Below, piece after piece: positions 1 to 9,017 of a stretch of DNA of 39,418 nt; position 1 is the first letter of the stretch; the number at the start of each line of letters is the position of its first letter. The notes under the pieces were generated by a model that was given only the letters and a program-made list of their open reading frames with translations, was not told where the DNA came from and made no database searches. The position numbers and the translations under genes were made by a program. Source of the DNA: Enterobacter phage KKP_3263; sequence record OK210074.1. One strand, given 5' to 3'.

Positions 1-47
1 CACCTTGAGTGGCTCTACCTATTAACGACTTAAAGGAGAACGACTCA

Positions 48-932
48 ATGTCTCAATCAGTTTATGCCGAGTTCGGCGTTAGCTCTAATGCAATCACTGG
101 TTCCGTTGAGGACCTGAACGAACACCAAAAGTCTATGCTTGAACAGGACGTAGCTGTTCGTGATGGCGACGACGCTATTACCTTCAAGCAACTGGAAGCC
201 GAAAACGAAGAGGCTACCGAAGAAGACGAGAACGTCGAAGAGACTGAAGGTGAAGAAGACCACGAGTCCGATGACGAAGAGTCTGATACCGATGGTGAGC
301 AGCCTGAGTTCATCGAACTGGGTGATGCACCGAAAGAGCTGACCGAAAGTGTCACCGCGCTGGATGAAAACGAAGCTGCATTCGACGACATGGTGTCTTC
401 TGCTGTAGAAGCTGGCAAGGTCACTGCTGATGAAATTACCGCTATCAAGGCTGAATACGCCAAGGACGGTAAGCTGTCTGACGCATCCTACGCTAAGTTG
501 CAGGAAGCAGGTTACACCAAGCGTTTCGTAGATTCGTTTGTCCGTGGTCAGGAAGCTCTGGCTGAACAGTATGCTGCTGGTGTGGTTCGCTACGCTGGTG
601 GAGCTGAACAGTTTAATCGCATCCTGTCACACCTTGAGTCAACCGACCCGTCAACTCGTGAAGCACTGGAAGCCGCTATCGTTCGTAAGGACATTGCGAC
701 TACCAAAGCTCTGCTGAATCTGGCTGGCAAGACTCTTGGTAAAGCTGTGGGTGTTAAACCTCAGCGTACCATCACCACTCAGGCTAAACCTGTGGTCGCA
801 CCTAAGGCCCCTCAGACCGAAGCATTCAGCTCTAAGGCTGACATGATTAAGGCTATGAGTGACCCGCGATACCTGCGTGACTCTAAGTACACGATGGAAG
901 TGCGCGCTAAGGTAGCTGCCTCAAGCCTGTAG
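48..932 (+). CDS. 9: Capsid assembly/scaffolding protein (T7 gp9-like). ATG at 48 after RBS AAAGGAG is preferred over the track's GTG at 9
   Basis: Very acidic protein at the T7 gene 9 position, directly upstream of the capsid gene. The RBS is correctly spaced for ATG 48. Confidence 0.8.
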   Translation: MSQSVYAEFGVSSNAITGSVEDLNEHQKSMLEQDVAVRDGDDAITFKQLEAENEEATEEDENVEETEGEEDHESDDEESDTDGEQPEFIELGDAPKELTESVTALDENEAAFDDMVSSAVEAGKVTADEITAIKAEYAKDGKLSDASYAKLQEAGYTKRFVDSFVRGQEALAEQYAAGVVRYAGGAEQFNRILSHLESTDPSTREALEAAIVRKDIATTKALLNLAGKTLGKAVGVKPQRTITTQAKPVVAPKAPQTEAFSSKADMIKAMSDPRYLRDSKYTMEVRAKVAASSL

Positions 933-933
933 G

Positions 934-956
934 ACTAAACTATCACTATAGGGAGA
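934..956 (+). promoter_or_regulatory. Phage RNAP promoter (phi10 equivalent), ACTAAACTATCACTATAGGGAGA, +1 G at 951
   Basis: 23-bp element shared by 11 sites in the window. Same -7..+6 core as the T7 promoter (TCACTATAGGGAGA). Located upstream of the capsid gene. Confidence 0.85.
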
Positions 957-1058
957 CCAATAGACAGACTCAAGGTTTCCCTATTACTTCAGTCCATACG
1001 GATTGGGCGCACGGTAAGTAATAAACTTTATCTTTCAATTGAATAGGAGAATTATCAT

Positions 1059-2108
1059 ATGTCAAACGTTCCGGGTCAGAAAGTTGGTACAGACCAAGGT
1101 AAAGGCAAATCTGGTTCCGACGCTCTGGCGTTGTTCCTGAAGGTCTTTGCTGGTGAAGTCCTGACCGCATTCACTCGCCGCTCTGTAACTGCTGACAAGC
1201 ATATTGTCCGTACCATTCAGAACGGTAAGTCTGCTCAGTTCCCGGTCATGGGTCGCACCTCTGGTGTGTATCTGGCTCCGGGTGAGCGACTGTCCGATAA
1301 GCGTAAAGGTATCAAACATACCGAGAAAGTGATTACCATTGATGGTCTGCTGACTGCCGATGTGATGATTTTCGACATTGAAGACGCGATGAACCACTAT
1401 GACGTGGCTGGCGAGTATTCCAACCAGTTGGGTGAAGCTCTGGCTATCGCTGCCGATGGTGCGGTTCTGGCTGAGATGGCGATTCTGTGTAACCTCCCGG
1501 CTGCATCCGACGAGAACATCACTGGTCTGGGCAAGGCGTCCGTTCTGGAAGTTGGTACTAAAGCAGACCTGAACACTCCAGCCAAGCTGGGTGAAGCTAT
1601 CATCGGTCAACTGACCATCGCACGTGCGAAGCTGACTGCCAACTACGTGCCTGCTGGCGACCGCTACTTCTACACCACGCCTGATAACTACTCTGCGATT
1701 CTGGCTGCTCTGATGCCTAACGCTGCTAACTACGCTGCGCTGATTGACCCTGAGACGGGCAACATCCGTAACGTAATGGGCTTCGTTGTGGTTGAGGTTC
1801 CGCACCTGACTCAGGGCGGCGCTGGTGAGACTCGTGGTGACGATGGTATCTCCATTGCTTCCGGTCAGAAACACGCATTCCCGGCGACTGCTGCTGGCGA
1901 CGTTAAGGTTGCTCTGGACAACGTTGTGGGCCTGTTCTCTCACCGTTCTGCTGTTGGTACTGTTAAGCTGCGTGACTTGGCGCTGGAACGTGACCGCGAC
2001 GTCGATGCTCAGGGCGACCTGATTGTTGGTAAGTACGCTATGGGTCACGGTGGTCTGCGTCCAGAAGCGGCAGGCGCACTGGTTTTCACAGCGGCGTCAG
2101 CGGGTTAA
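1059..2108 (+). CDS. 10A: Major capsid protein 10A
   Basis: Strong recalled identity to T7 gp10A (GKSAQFP, HTEKVITIDGLLTADV, IEDAMNHYDV, AILAALMPNAANYAALIDPE, RSAVGTVKLRDLALER, KYAMGHGGLRPEAAG). Confidence 0.95.
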   Translation: MSNVPGQKVGTDQGKGKSGSDALALFLKVFAGEVLTAFTRRSVTADKHIVRTIQNGKSAQFPVMGRTSGVYLAPGERLSDKRKGIKHTEKVITIDGLLTADVMIFDIEDAMNHYDVAGEYSNQLGEALAIAADGAVLAEMAILCNLPAASDENITGLGKASVLEVGTKADLNTPAKLGEAIIGQLTIARAKLTANYVPAGDRYFYTTPDNYSAILAALMPNAANYAALIDPETGNIRNVMGFVVVEVPHLTQGGAGETRGDDGISIASGQKHAFPATAAGDVKVALDNVVGLFSHRSAVGTVKLRDLALERDRDVDAQGDLIVGKYAMGHGGLRPEAAGALVFTAASAG

Positions 2109-2371
2109 CGACCTTTAAGGCCCTCTCTACAGAGGGTCCTACCTTAGAGACATACAGTTCTACGGTGGGAACCAGCTTGAAGGTTGACTTCCCTGAGCTT
2201 TCATATGTGACCGATTGGTCGCTGCTTGAGGTGACTACGCCTGATGGTGTTAGCTACTCCCGTAGAACCAACAGTCTCTACTTCAAGGCCACCTCTGGCG
2301 TGGAAGGTCTGGTGATTGTTGGGTATGACGGTTCGCCTGTGCGTTCCTTCAACGTATCTTTCACAAACTAA
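1059..2371 (+). CDS. 10B: Minor capsid protein 10B, made by a -1 ribosomal frameshift at G GUU UUC (2081-2087) into the frame containing ORF 2165..2371
   Basis: A slippery heptamer in the 10A zero frame sits 20 nt before the 10A stop. The -1 frame is open from the slip site to 2371. This is the same architecture as T7 10A/10B. Confidence 0.55.
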
Positions 2372-2374
2372 TTG

Positions 2375-2416
2375 AAACCCCTTGGGTGCCTTCGGGTGCT
2401 TGAGGGGTTTTTTTGC
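2375..2416 (+). terminator. Tphi-like late terminator for phage RNAP (and probably host RNAP)
   Basis: AAACCCCTTGGGTGCCTTCGGGTGCTTGAGGGGTTTTTTTG: a GC-rich imperfect hairpin with a UUCG loop and a T-run, right after gene 10. Closely resembles T7 Tphi. Confidence 0.8.
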
Positions 2417-2429
2417 TTAAGGAGGGCCT

Positions 2430-2996
2430 ATGGCTCAATACATTCCACTGAATGCTAACGATGACTTAGATGCCATCAACGATATGTTAGCTGCTATCGG
2501 TGAACCAGCAGTCCTACAGCTTGACGAAGGTAACGCTGACGTCTCGAATGCTCAACGTATCCTGCATCGTGTCAATCGTCAGGTCCAAGCTAAAGGATGG
2601 AACTTTAATATTAATGAAGCTGCTGTCCTGACACCTGATGTCCAAGACAATAGGATTCGATTCTTGCCGTCATACCTTCGGGTCATGACTGCTGGTGCTA
2701 CCAGTTACTACAGCAACATGGGTGGCTATCTCTATGACCTATCCACTCAGTCCACTACCTTCACTGGACCAATTACAGTCGAACTGGTGGAGATGAAACC
2801 ATTCTCTGAGATGCCTGTGGTATTCCGTGACTACATCGTGACTAAGGCAAGCCGTGAGTTCAACGCTAAGTTCTTCGGTAGCCCAGAGTCCGAGATGTAT
2901 CTACGTGAGCAGGAAGCAGAACTCTATCAGCAGGTTATGGAATATGAGATGGACACTGGTCGCTACAACATGATGTCTGACATCGGGAGGGACTAA
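2430..2996 (+). CDS. 11: Tail tubular protein A (gp11)
   Basis: Position and size match T7 gp11. RBS AAGGAGG. Confidence 0.8.
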   Translation: MAQYIPLNANDDLDAINDMLAAIGEPAVLQLDEGNADVSNAQRILHRVNRQVQAKGWNFNINEAAVLTPDVQDNRIRFLPSYLRVMTAGATSYYSNMGGYLYDLSTQSTTFTGPITVELVEMKPFSEMPVVFRDYIVTKASREFNAKFFGSPESEMYLREQEAELYQQVMEYEMDTGRYNMMSDIGRD

Positions 2997-3223
2997 TGGC
3001 TAGTCACAACCTGAAGATTCACCGCCAGCACTTTGGTCCGGTACAACTAGGTCTAAAGACAGCAGAGCTGAGACTTAACGACCGGGACTTTAAGGTTGGC
3101 GATTGGCTTATCCTGAATGAGTGGGACAACGGGTATACTGGACAACAGGTAGCACGTAAGGTTGTCCACATTGCTGACGTTGGTGACATCGCTGAAGGAT
3201 ACGTCCTAATGAGTATGATTTAA
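2996..3223 (+). CDS. 75-aa ASCH/DUF3850-like (PUA-fold) protein. Not present in T7
   Basis: The start overlaps the gene 11 stop (TAATG). Motif LKIHRQHFGPVQLGLKTAELRLNDRDFKVGDWLILNEW resembles the DUF3850/ASCH family. Confidence 0.5.
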   Translation: MASHNLKIHRQHFGPVQLGLKTAELRLNDRDFKVGDWLILNEWDNGYTGQQVARKVVHIADVGDIAEGYVLMSMI

Positions 3224-3232
3224 GGAGGGCAT

Positions 3233-5590
3233 ATGCCGCTTATTACGCAAAGCATAAAAAATCTTAAGGGTGGCATTAGCCAACAGCCTGACATCCTGAG
3301 GTTCTCAGACCAAGGCGAGGCTCAAGTTAACTGCTGGTCATCCGAGAGTGATGGCCTCCAGAAGCGTCCACCTACAGTCTTCAAGCGACGTCTTAACATC
3401 GACGTTGGGAGCAACCCTAAGTTCCACCTGATTAACCGTGATGAGCAGGAGCAGTATTACATCGTGTTCAACGGGTCAAACATTCAGGTAGTTGACTTGG
3501 GTGGTAATCAATACTCAGTGTCCGGTGCAGTAGACTACGTTAAGTCCTCAAACCCGCGAGATGACATCCGTGTAGTCACTGTGGCAGACTATACGTTCGT
3601 CGTTAATCGTAAGATTGTCGTCAAAGGTGGAAGCGAGAAGTCTCACTCTGGGTATAATCGTAAGGCACGAGCTTTAATTAACCTGCGGGGGGGACAGTAT
3701 GGTCGAACACTTAAGGTTGGAATCAATGGAGGCGTTAAGGTTTCACATAAGCTGCCAGCAGGTAATGATGCCGAGAATGACCCACCTAAGGTGGACGCTC
3801 AGGCCATCGGTGCAGCCCTGAGAGACCTTCTTGTCGCTGCCTACCCTACCTTCACGTTTGACCTCGGGTCTGGCTTCCTGTTAATCACGGCTCCTTCAGG
3901 GACTGACATTAACTCCGTTGAGACGGAGGATGGCTACGCTAATCAGCTAATCAGCCCGGTCCTTGACACAGTGCAGACAATCTCTAAGTTACCTCTTGCA
4001 GCTCCGAATGGGTACATCATTAAGATTCAAGGTGAGACTAACAGTAGCGCTGATGAATATTACGTGATGTATGACTCCAACACTAAGACGTGGAAGGAGA
4101 CAGTAGAGCCCGGAGTGGTCACTGGGTTCGATAACACCACAATGCCACATGCTCTGGTGAGACAATCTGACGGCTCCTTTGAGTTCAAGACTCTGGACTG
4201 GTCTAAGCGTGGTGCTGGCAATGATGACACAAACCCTATGCCTAGCTTCGTGGATGCTACGATTAACGATGTGTTCTTCTACAGGAACAGGCTTGGGTTC
4301 TTGTCGGGAGAGAACGTAATAATGAGTCGTTCAGCCAGCTACTTTGCGTTCTTCCCTAGGAGTGCGGCGACACTTAGTGATGATGATCCTATTGACGTAG
4401 CCGTAAGTCACCCTAGAATCTCAATCCTTAAGTATGCCGTTCCGTTTAGCGAGCAACTACTGCTTTGGTCAGATGAGGTGCAGTTCGTGATGACAAGCTC
4501 TGGTGTCCTCACCGCGAAGTCTATACAGCTTGATGTAGGCTCAGAGTTTGCCTTAGGTGATAATGCCAGACCATTCACTGTAGGACGCTCAGTCTTCTTC
4601 TCAGCACCTCGGGGGTCATTCACCAGCATTAAGAGATACTTCGCTGTAGCAGACGTGTCTGATGTAAAAGATGCTGATGATACCACTGGTCACGTACTGT
4701 CATATATCCCTAACGGGGTGTTTGATATTCAAGGTACAGGGACTGAGAACTACATCTGCGTCAACTCTACTGGTGCCTACAATAGAATCTACATCTACAA
4801 GTTCTTGTTTAAGGATGGCGTACAGCTTCAAGCCTCGTGGTCGCACTGGGAGTTCCCTAAAGATGATAAGATTCTGGCATCTGCGTCTATTGGCTCTACC
4901 ATGTTCATCGTTCGTCAGCACCAAGGTGGTGTGGATATTGAGCACCTTAAGTTCATCAAGGAGGCAACTGACTTTCCGTCAGAGCCATATAGACTCCACG
5001 TTGACTCCAAGGTGTCTATGGTTATCCCAATTGGCTCATATAACGCTGACACATATAAGACTACGGTTGACATTGGTGCTGCTTATGGAGGCAACGCTCC
5101 GTCTCCCGGTCGGTACTATCTGATTGACAGTCAGGGTGCTTATGTAGACCTTGGCGATCTGACCAGCATCTCCACTGTGGTTACACTTAATGGCGATTGG
5201 TCAGGACGTACAGTGTTCATTGGAAGGTCTTACCTGATGTCATACAAGTTCTCAAGGTTCCTGATTAAGGTTGAAGATGATAGTGGAACTCGGACTGAAG
5301 ACACTGGTCGTCTACAGCTTCGGCGTGCTTGGGTCAACTACAAGGACACTGGCGCTCTTAGACTCATTGTCAGAAACGGTGAGAGGGAGTTCGTGAACAC
5401 CTTCAACGGGTACACCCTTGGGCAGCAAACCATCGGTACTACCAACATTGGGGACGGTCAGTATCGCTTCGCCATGAATGGTAACGCATTAACCACGAGT
5501 CTAACCTTAGAGTCCGACTATCCTACCCCAGTGTCCATCGTTGGGTGTGGCTGGGAGGCTTCATACGCTAAGAAAGCTCGTTCCGTCTAA
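3233..5590 (+). CDS. 12: Tail tubular protein B (gp12)
   Basis: 785 aa at the gene 12 position with RBS AAGGAGGG. T7 gp12 is 794 aa. Confidence 0.88.
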   Translation: MPLITQSIKNLKGGISQQPDILRFSDQGEAQVNCWSSESDGLQKRPPTVFKRRLNIDVGSNPKFHLINRDEQEQYYIVFNGSNIQVVDLGGNQYSVSGAVDYVKSSNPRDDIRVVTVADYTFVVNRKIVVKGGSEKSHSGYNRKARALINLRGGQYGRTLKVGINGGVKVSHKLPAGNDAENDPPKVDAQAIGAALRDLLVAAYPTFTFDLGSGFLLITAPSGTDINSVETEDGYANQLISPVLDTVQTISKLPLAAPNGYIIKIQGETNSSADEYYVMYDSNTKTWKETVEPGVVTGFDNTTMPHALVRQSDGSFEFKTLDWSKRGAGNDDTNPMPSFVDATINDVFFYRNRLGFLSGENVIMSRSASYFAFFPRSAATLSDDDPIDVAVSHPRISILKYAVPFSEQLLLWSDEVQFVMTSSGVLTAKSIQLDVGSEFALGDNARPFTVGRSVFFSAPRGSFTSIKRYFAVADVSDVKDADDTTGHVLSYIPNGVFDIQGTGTENYICVNSTGAYNRIYIYKFLFKDGVQLQASWSHWEFPKDDKILASASIGSTMFIVRQHQGGVDIEHLKFIKEATDFPSEPYRLHVDSKVSMVIPIGSYNADTYKTTVDIGAAYGGNAPSPGRYYLIDSQGAYVDLGDLTSISTVVTLNGDWSGRTVFIGRSYLMSYKFSRFLIKVEDDSGTRTEDTGRLQLRRAWVNYKDTGALRLIVRNGEREFVNTFNGYTLGQQTIGTTNIGDGQYRFAMNGNALTTSLTLESDYPTPVSIVGCGWEASYAKKARSV

Positions 5591-5614
5591 CTTATTGATT
5601 GGCCTATAGATTCA

Positions 5615-5637
5615 CCTTAACTATCACTATAGGGACT
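5615..5637 (+). promoter_or_regulatory. Phage promoter (phi13 equivalent), CTTAAC variant
   Basis: CCTTAACTATCACTATAGGGACT. Embedded in the inverted repeat GGCCTATAG...CTATAGGCC. Confidence 0.8.
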
Positions 5638-5676
5638 ATAGGCCCTTTAAGTTATAATACTTTAAGAGGAGACTTT

Positions 5677-6147
5677 ATGTATATTCGTAAAGCTACGGAA
5701 CCTGATGTCCACTACTTTCTGTGGCATCTTTCAGCAGATGACGTTAAGGAATGCAAAGCAAGCTACGGGTCAACCGTGGGTCTCTCTGAAAGACTGCTTA
5801 AGCATCTAACTCCGTCATCTGTGGTTTTAACGAACGGTGTAGGCGAAGTGTTTGCCTATGGTGGAAACCAAGGGGATAACGTATGGTTCTTGACTTCCGG
5901 TCTGGTCTACAAGCTGAGACCTAAAGAGAAGCGAGAGTTCATTCAGCGCATCTCTGAGTACAGGGACTTAATGTTAGACCAATACGGGACCATCTGGAAC
6001 TACGTGTGGTCAGGCAATAAGTCTCACATTAAATTCTTGAAGTTGCTTGGCGCTAAGTTCCATGATGATTGGACTGTAAGCCCGGTAACTGGTGAGCGTT
6101 TTCAACTATTCACTATCTCTAAGGAGGACGTATGTGCGAGCCAGTAA
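5677..6147 (+). CDS. 13: Internal virion protein A (gp13). The start is moved to ATG 5677, downstream of the promoter and RBS AAGAGGAG
   Basis: The track ORF 5599 begins upstream of and across the phage promoter. The internal ATG has a proper RBS. Confidence 0.65.
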   Translation: MYIRKATEPDVHYFLWHLSADDVKECKASYGSTVGLSERLLKHLTPSSVVLTNGVGEVFAYGGNQGDNVWFLTSGLVYKLRPKEKREFIQRISEYRDLMLDQYGTIWNYVWSGNKSHIKFLKLLGAKFHDDWTVSPVTGERFQLFTISKEDVCASQ

Positions 6148-6719
6148 GTATCGGCATGGGTATTATGGCTGTAGCTGGTGCCACTATGTCCGCTTCTAGT
6201 CAGGCCAAAGCTGAGGGTGCTGCTATCGACGCTCAGAACCGTCAGGCTCAGGAGATGGTTAAGCAGATGAACTACTCTGACGCCAACCTGAAGATGCAGG
6301 AGCGAGACCTGAAGGAGCAGCAGATGGCTGAACTGACAGAGACCACTCTCAACGGTATCCGCAATCAGGGTATGGTCCGAGCTGCGGTAGCTGAGTCAGG
6401 TCTGGAAGGTAACTCTATGGACAGGATTGAACGTCAGGTCGAGGGAGATACAGTCAAGGAGAGAGCAGGGATTACCGAAAGCTACAACCGCGACTATGCG
6501 GCTATCTTCGGGAACCGTATCGCCAACATTGAGAACACCAAGTCTGCTATCCGTGGTCAAGGTAAAATCATCAAGACCAGCCCACTGGCTCATGCACTTA
6601 ATGTTGCTAACGCTGGGATGCAGGGGTACGCTGCTGGTAAGTCAATCTCTGGGGCATCAAGCTCTGGTGGGGCTGCGCCAATTAGTGCTGCCAAAGGAAC
6701 ACCTACAGGTCATAGCTAA
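6132..6719 (+). CDS. 14: Internal virion protein B (gp14)
   Basis: Recalled similarity to T7 gp14 (SGLEGNSMDRIERQVEG, YNRDYAAIFG). RBS AAGGAGGA. Confidence 0.85.
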   Translation: MCEPVSIGMGIMAVAGATMSASSQAKAEGAAIDAQNRQAQEMVKQMNYSDANLKMQERDLKEQQMAELTETTLNGIRNQGMVRAAVAESGLEGNSMDRIERQVEGDTVKERAGITESYNRDYAAIFGNRIANIENTKSAIRGQGKIIKTSPLAHALNVANAGMQGYAAGKSISGASSSGGAAPISAAKGTPTGHS

Positions 6720-6730
6720 GAGGAGGACTA

Positions 6731-9013
6731 ATGGCTAGTAATATTGAATCAGCTCTGGCTAATCGGACTATGGGTCGTGGCAGAGCGCCTGGTAAAACTA
6801 TCGCCGTCAACTATCAAGCAGCCAGCGTACAGGCTCCGACTGGTGACTCCGGTCTGGCGCGTGCGTTAACTAACTTCGTTGAGTCTGGGACTGGATTGTA
6901 CAAGCAGTTCAAAGATGAGGAGAAGACCAGAGCTGACGAGCGGTCTAACGAGATTATCCGTAAGCTGACACCTCAGCAAAGACGTGAGGCTATCCAGAAC
7001 GGCACACTGCTGTATCAGGACGACCCTTACGCTATGGAAGCACTTCGAGTCAAGACGGGCCGTAACGCTGCCTTTGCGGTGGATGACGAGATTAACGTTA
7101 AGATTCAGAACGGTGAGTTCCGTACACGTCAGGACATGGAAGAGTATCGCCACCAGCGACTTCAGGACGCCGCTAAGTCCTATGCTGAAGAGGCTGGCAT
7201 TAACCCTACAGACGAGTTCTTCCAGCGCGGGTTCAACGATAACATCACAGACCGTAACATCGCTATCTATGGGTCTTTCAATAAGTATTTCAGCAAGCAG
7301 TCTGAAGAGACAGCAATGTTGAACACTCGTATTGAGATGAACTCATTCCTGAACGATGGCGACCTGATGCGTTCACCTGAGTCTGGAAAGACCTTCATGG
7401 CCTACCTTCGGGATGGACTGACGACTGCTGCTATCCCTTCGGACCAGCGAGCACGAGAGGTCATCACCCAGACGGTCCGTGACGCAATCCAGAAGTCTGG
7501 TGGCTCAAACTTCCTACAGCAAGTCCGTGGCGAGCGAATCACCCTTAACGGTGTGGATGCTACAGTCGAAGAGGTTGTAGGACCTGATGTCTTCAACGCT
7601 GCTATTGTTGAGGCACAAGGCACTGAGTACAAGCTGGTGGCTAAGTATCAGGAAGACTTGTCTTTAGGCGTTCAGTCTGCGATTCTTCAGGATGACCCGA
7701 CCATCGGTCTGGCCCAGATTCAGAAACTCAAGGAGCAGAACAACCTGCTTCAACCGGGAGAAGAACTCACGCCTCAGCGTCAGATGCTTATTAATGCCGA
7801 AGCCAGCTTACTGGAAGCGGTCAAGCGTAAGTCTGCTGAACAGGCGAAGGAGAACACTAAGTTAATCCAGACACAGAACAAGCAACTGGTCATTGACCAA
7901 GTGTATCAGCGACGTCTGGCTGGGGACAACGTGTCCACCAACTATGAGGACCTTCCGGTCTCAGACGCTACAGGTGAGTTCAAGCGTTCAGATATGAACA
8001 ACTATGCGTCTGCCAAGCTACAGCAGATTGACCAGATGGACATCCCTGAGGCTGCTAAAGACGCTCAGAAGGTTGCATTGTTAAGAGCGGATACTAACAA
8101 CGGTCCGTTCCGTAATGCCTTCCAGACTCTAACTCAGGACGCCGCTGGCGAGTGGCAAGCCGCTGTCATCCGTGGACAGTACGACCCAGACAAGATGCAA
8201 CGCTTCGAGTCTCTTCGTCGTGCCTATACTCAGGACCCCTCAAGTTTTGCTGCTCTGTATCCTGACCAAGCTCAGTTGTTCTCTACGTTCGACCAGATGG
8301 ACAAGATGGGTCTGGACCCTCAGACGATGATTGAAGCTGATAAGCAAGCTGCAAGTCAAAGCCGTGAGATGCGCATGGAGTCAGACAAGGCGTGGCAGGA
8401 GTTGAAGAACGACTCCAAGAACACCCAGTTGTCTCGCCTCCCAACGTCTCTGGACTCAAGTGCTCGTAAGGTCTGGGACTCATGGTACTATCGTACAGGT
8501 AACGCTGACGCTGCAACTCAGCAGACTCAACGCTGGCTGAATGAGAACACCGTAACGTTCCAGTCTGAAGGTTCTGACGGTAAGTCCATCGGCATGGCGT
8601 CCAAACACCAGCTTATGGTCGGGGATAACCCAGAGTCGTGGCAGGTGGGTCGAGACATTATCGACACCGCTCGTCAGCAGCTCATTAAGGCCAACCCTTG
8701 GGTAGTGAACTCTCAGTTGTCCGTTGTTGAACAGAACGGCTCTATCTTCCTCCAAGACGCTACAGGTACTATTCGTATTCGCTACGATAAAGAGCTTGTA
8801 GGTAAACTCTACCGCGAACAACAGCAGAAGGCACAAGATGCCGCATATGCTCAGGCAGAACGTGACGCCAACAAGCGAGCGCGTATCGTCGGGACTAAAG
8901 CTGCTGGTGACAAACGTCGAGCTGACCAAGAGGCCAACATCGAGAAGCGCGGTGGGATGTACAATGACGTCTCACTGGAGGGTATCGCAAACGTACTAAT
9001 CGGTAAGGAGTAA
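6731..9013 (+). CDS. 15: Internal virion protein C (gp15)
   Basis: 760 aa (T7 has 747) between gp14 and gp16. Strong RBS. Confidence 0.85.
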   Translation: MASNIESALANRTMGRGRAPGKTIAVNYQAASVQAPTGDSGLARALTNFVESGTGLYKQFKDEEKTRADERSNEIIRKLTPQQRREAIQNGTLLYQDDPYAMEALRVKTGRNAAFAVDDEINVKIQNGEFRTRQDMEEYRHQRLQDAAKSYAEEAGINPTDEFFQRGFNDNITDRNIAIYGSFNKYFSKQSEETAMLNTRIEMNSFLNDGDLMRSPESGKTFMAYLRDGLTTAAIPSDQRAREVITQTVRDAIQKSGGSNFLQQVRGERITLNGVDATVEEVVGPDVFNAAIVEAQGTEYKLVAKYQEDLSLGVQSAILQDDPTIGLAQIQKLKEQNNLLQPGEELTPQRQMLINAEASLLEAVKRKSAEQAKENTKLIQTQNKQLVIDQVYQRRLAGDNVSTNYEDLPVSDATGEFKRSDMNNYASAKLQQIDQMDIPEAAKDAQKVALLRADTNNGPFRNAFQTLTQDAAGEWQAAVIRGQYDPDKMQRFESLRRAYTQDPSSFAALYPDQAQLFSTFDQMDKMGLDPQTMIEADKQAASQSREMRMESDKAWQELKNDSKNTQLSRLPTSLDSSARKVWDSWYYRTGNADAATQQTQRWLNENTVTFQSEGSDGKSIGMASKHQLMVGDNPESWQVGRDIIDTARQQLIKANPWVVNSQLSVVEQNGSIFLQDATGTIRIRYDKELVGKLYREQQQKAQDAAYAQAERDANKRARIVGTKAAGDKRRADQEANIEKRGGMYNDVSLEGIANVLIGKE

Positions 9014-9017
9014 TATA

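Noticed and set aside
9-932. GTG start at 9 for gene 9, and the track start 5599 for gene 13
   Set aside because: The 5' extensions run across promoter or hairpin sequence. Internal ATGs at 48 and 5677 have canonical RBSs and are placed after the promoters.
1062-2048. 328-aa minus-strand ORF antisense to the major capsid gene. Many other minus-strand ORFs in the track are similar, e.g. 62..463, 8480..8929, 14789..15217, 17866..18297 and 38377..38847
   Set aside because: All lie wholly inside well-supported + strand genes of a phage whose relatives transcribe only one strand. They have no RBS or promoter context and show low-complexity composition typical of antisense frames.
6427-6738. 103-aa + strand ORF in an alternate frame inside gp14
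   Set aside because: Completely embedded in gp14, Arg/Leu-rich composition typical of an off-frame read, no RBS.
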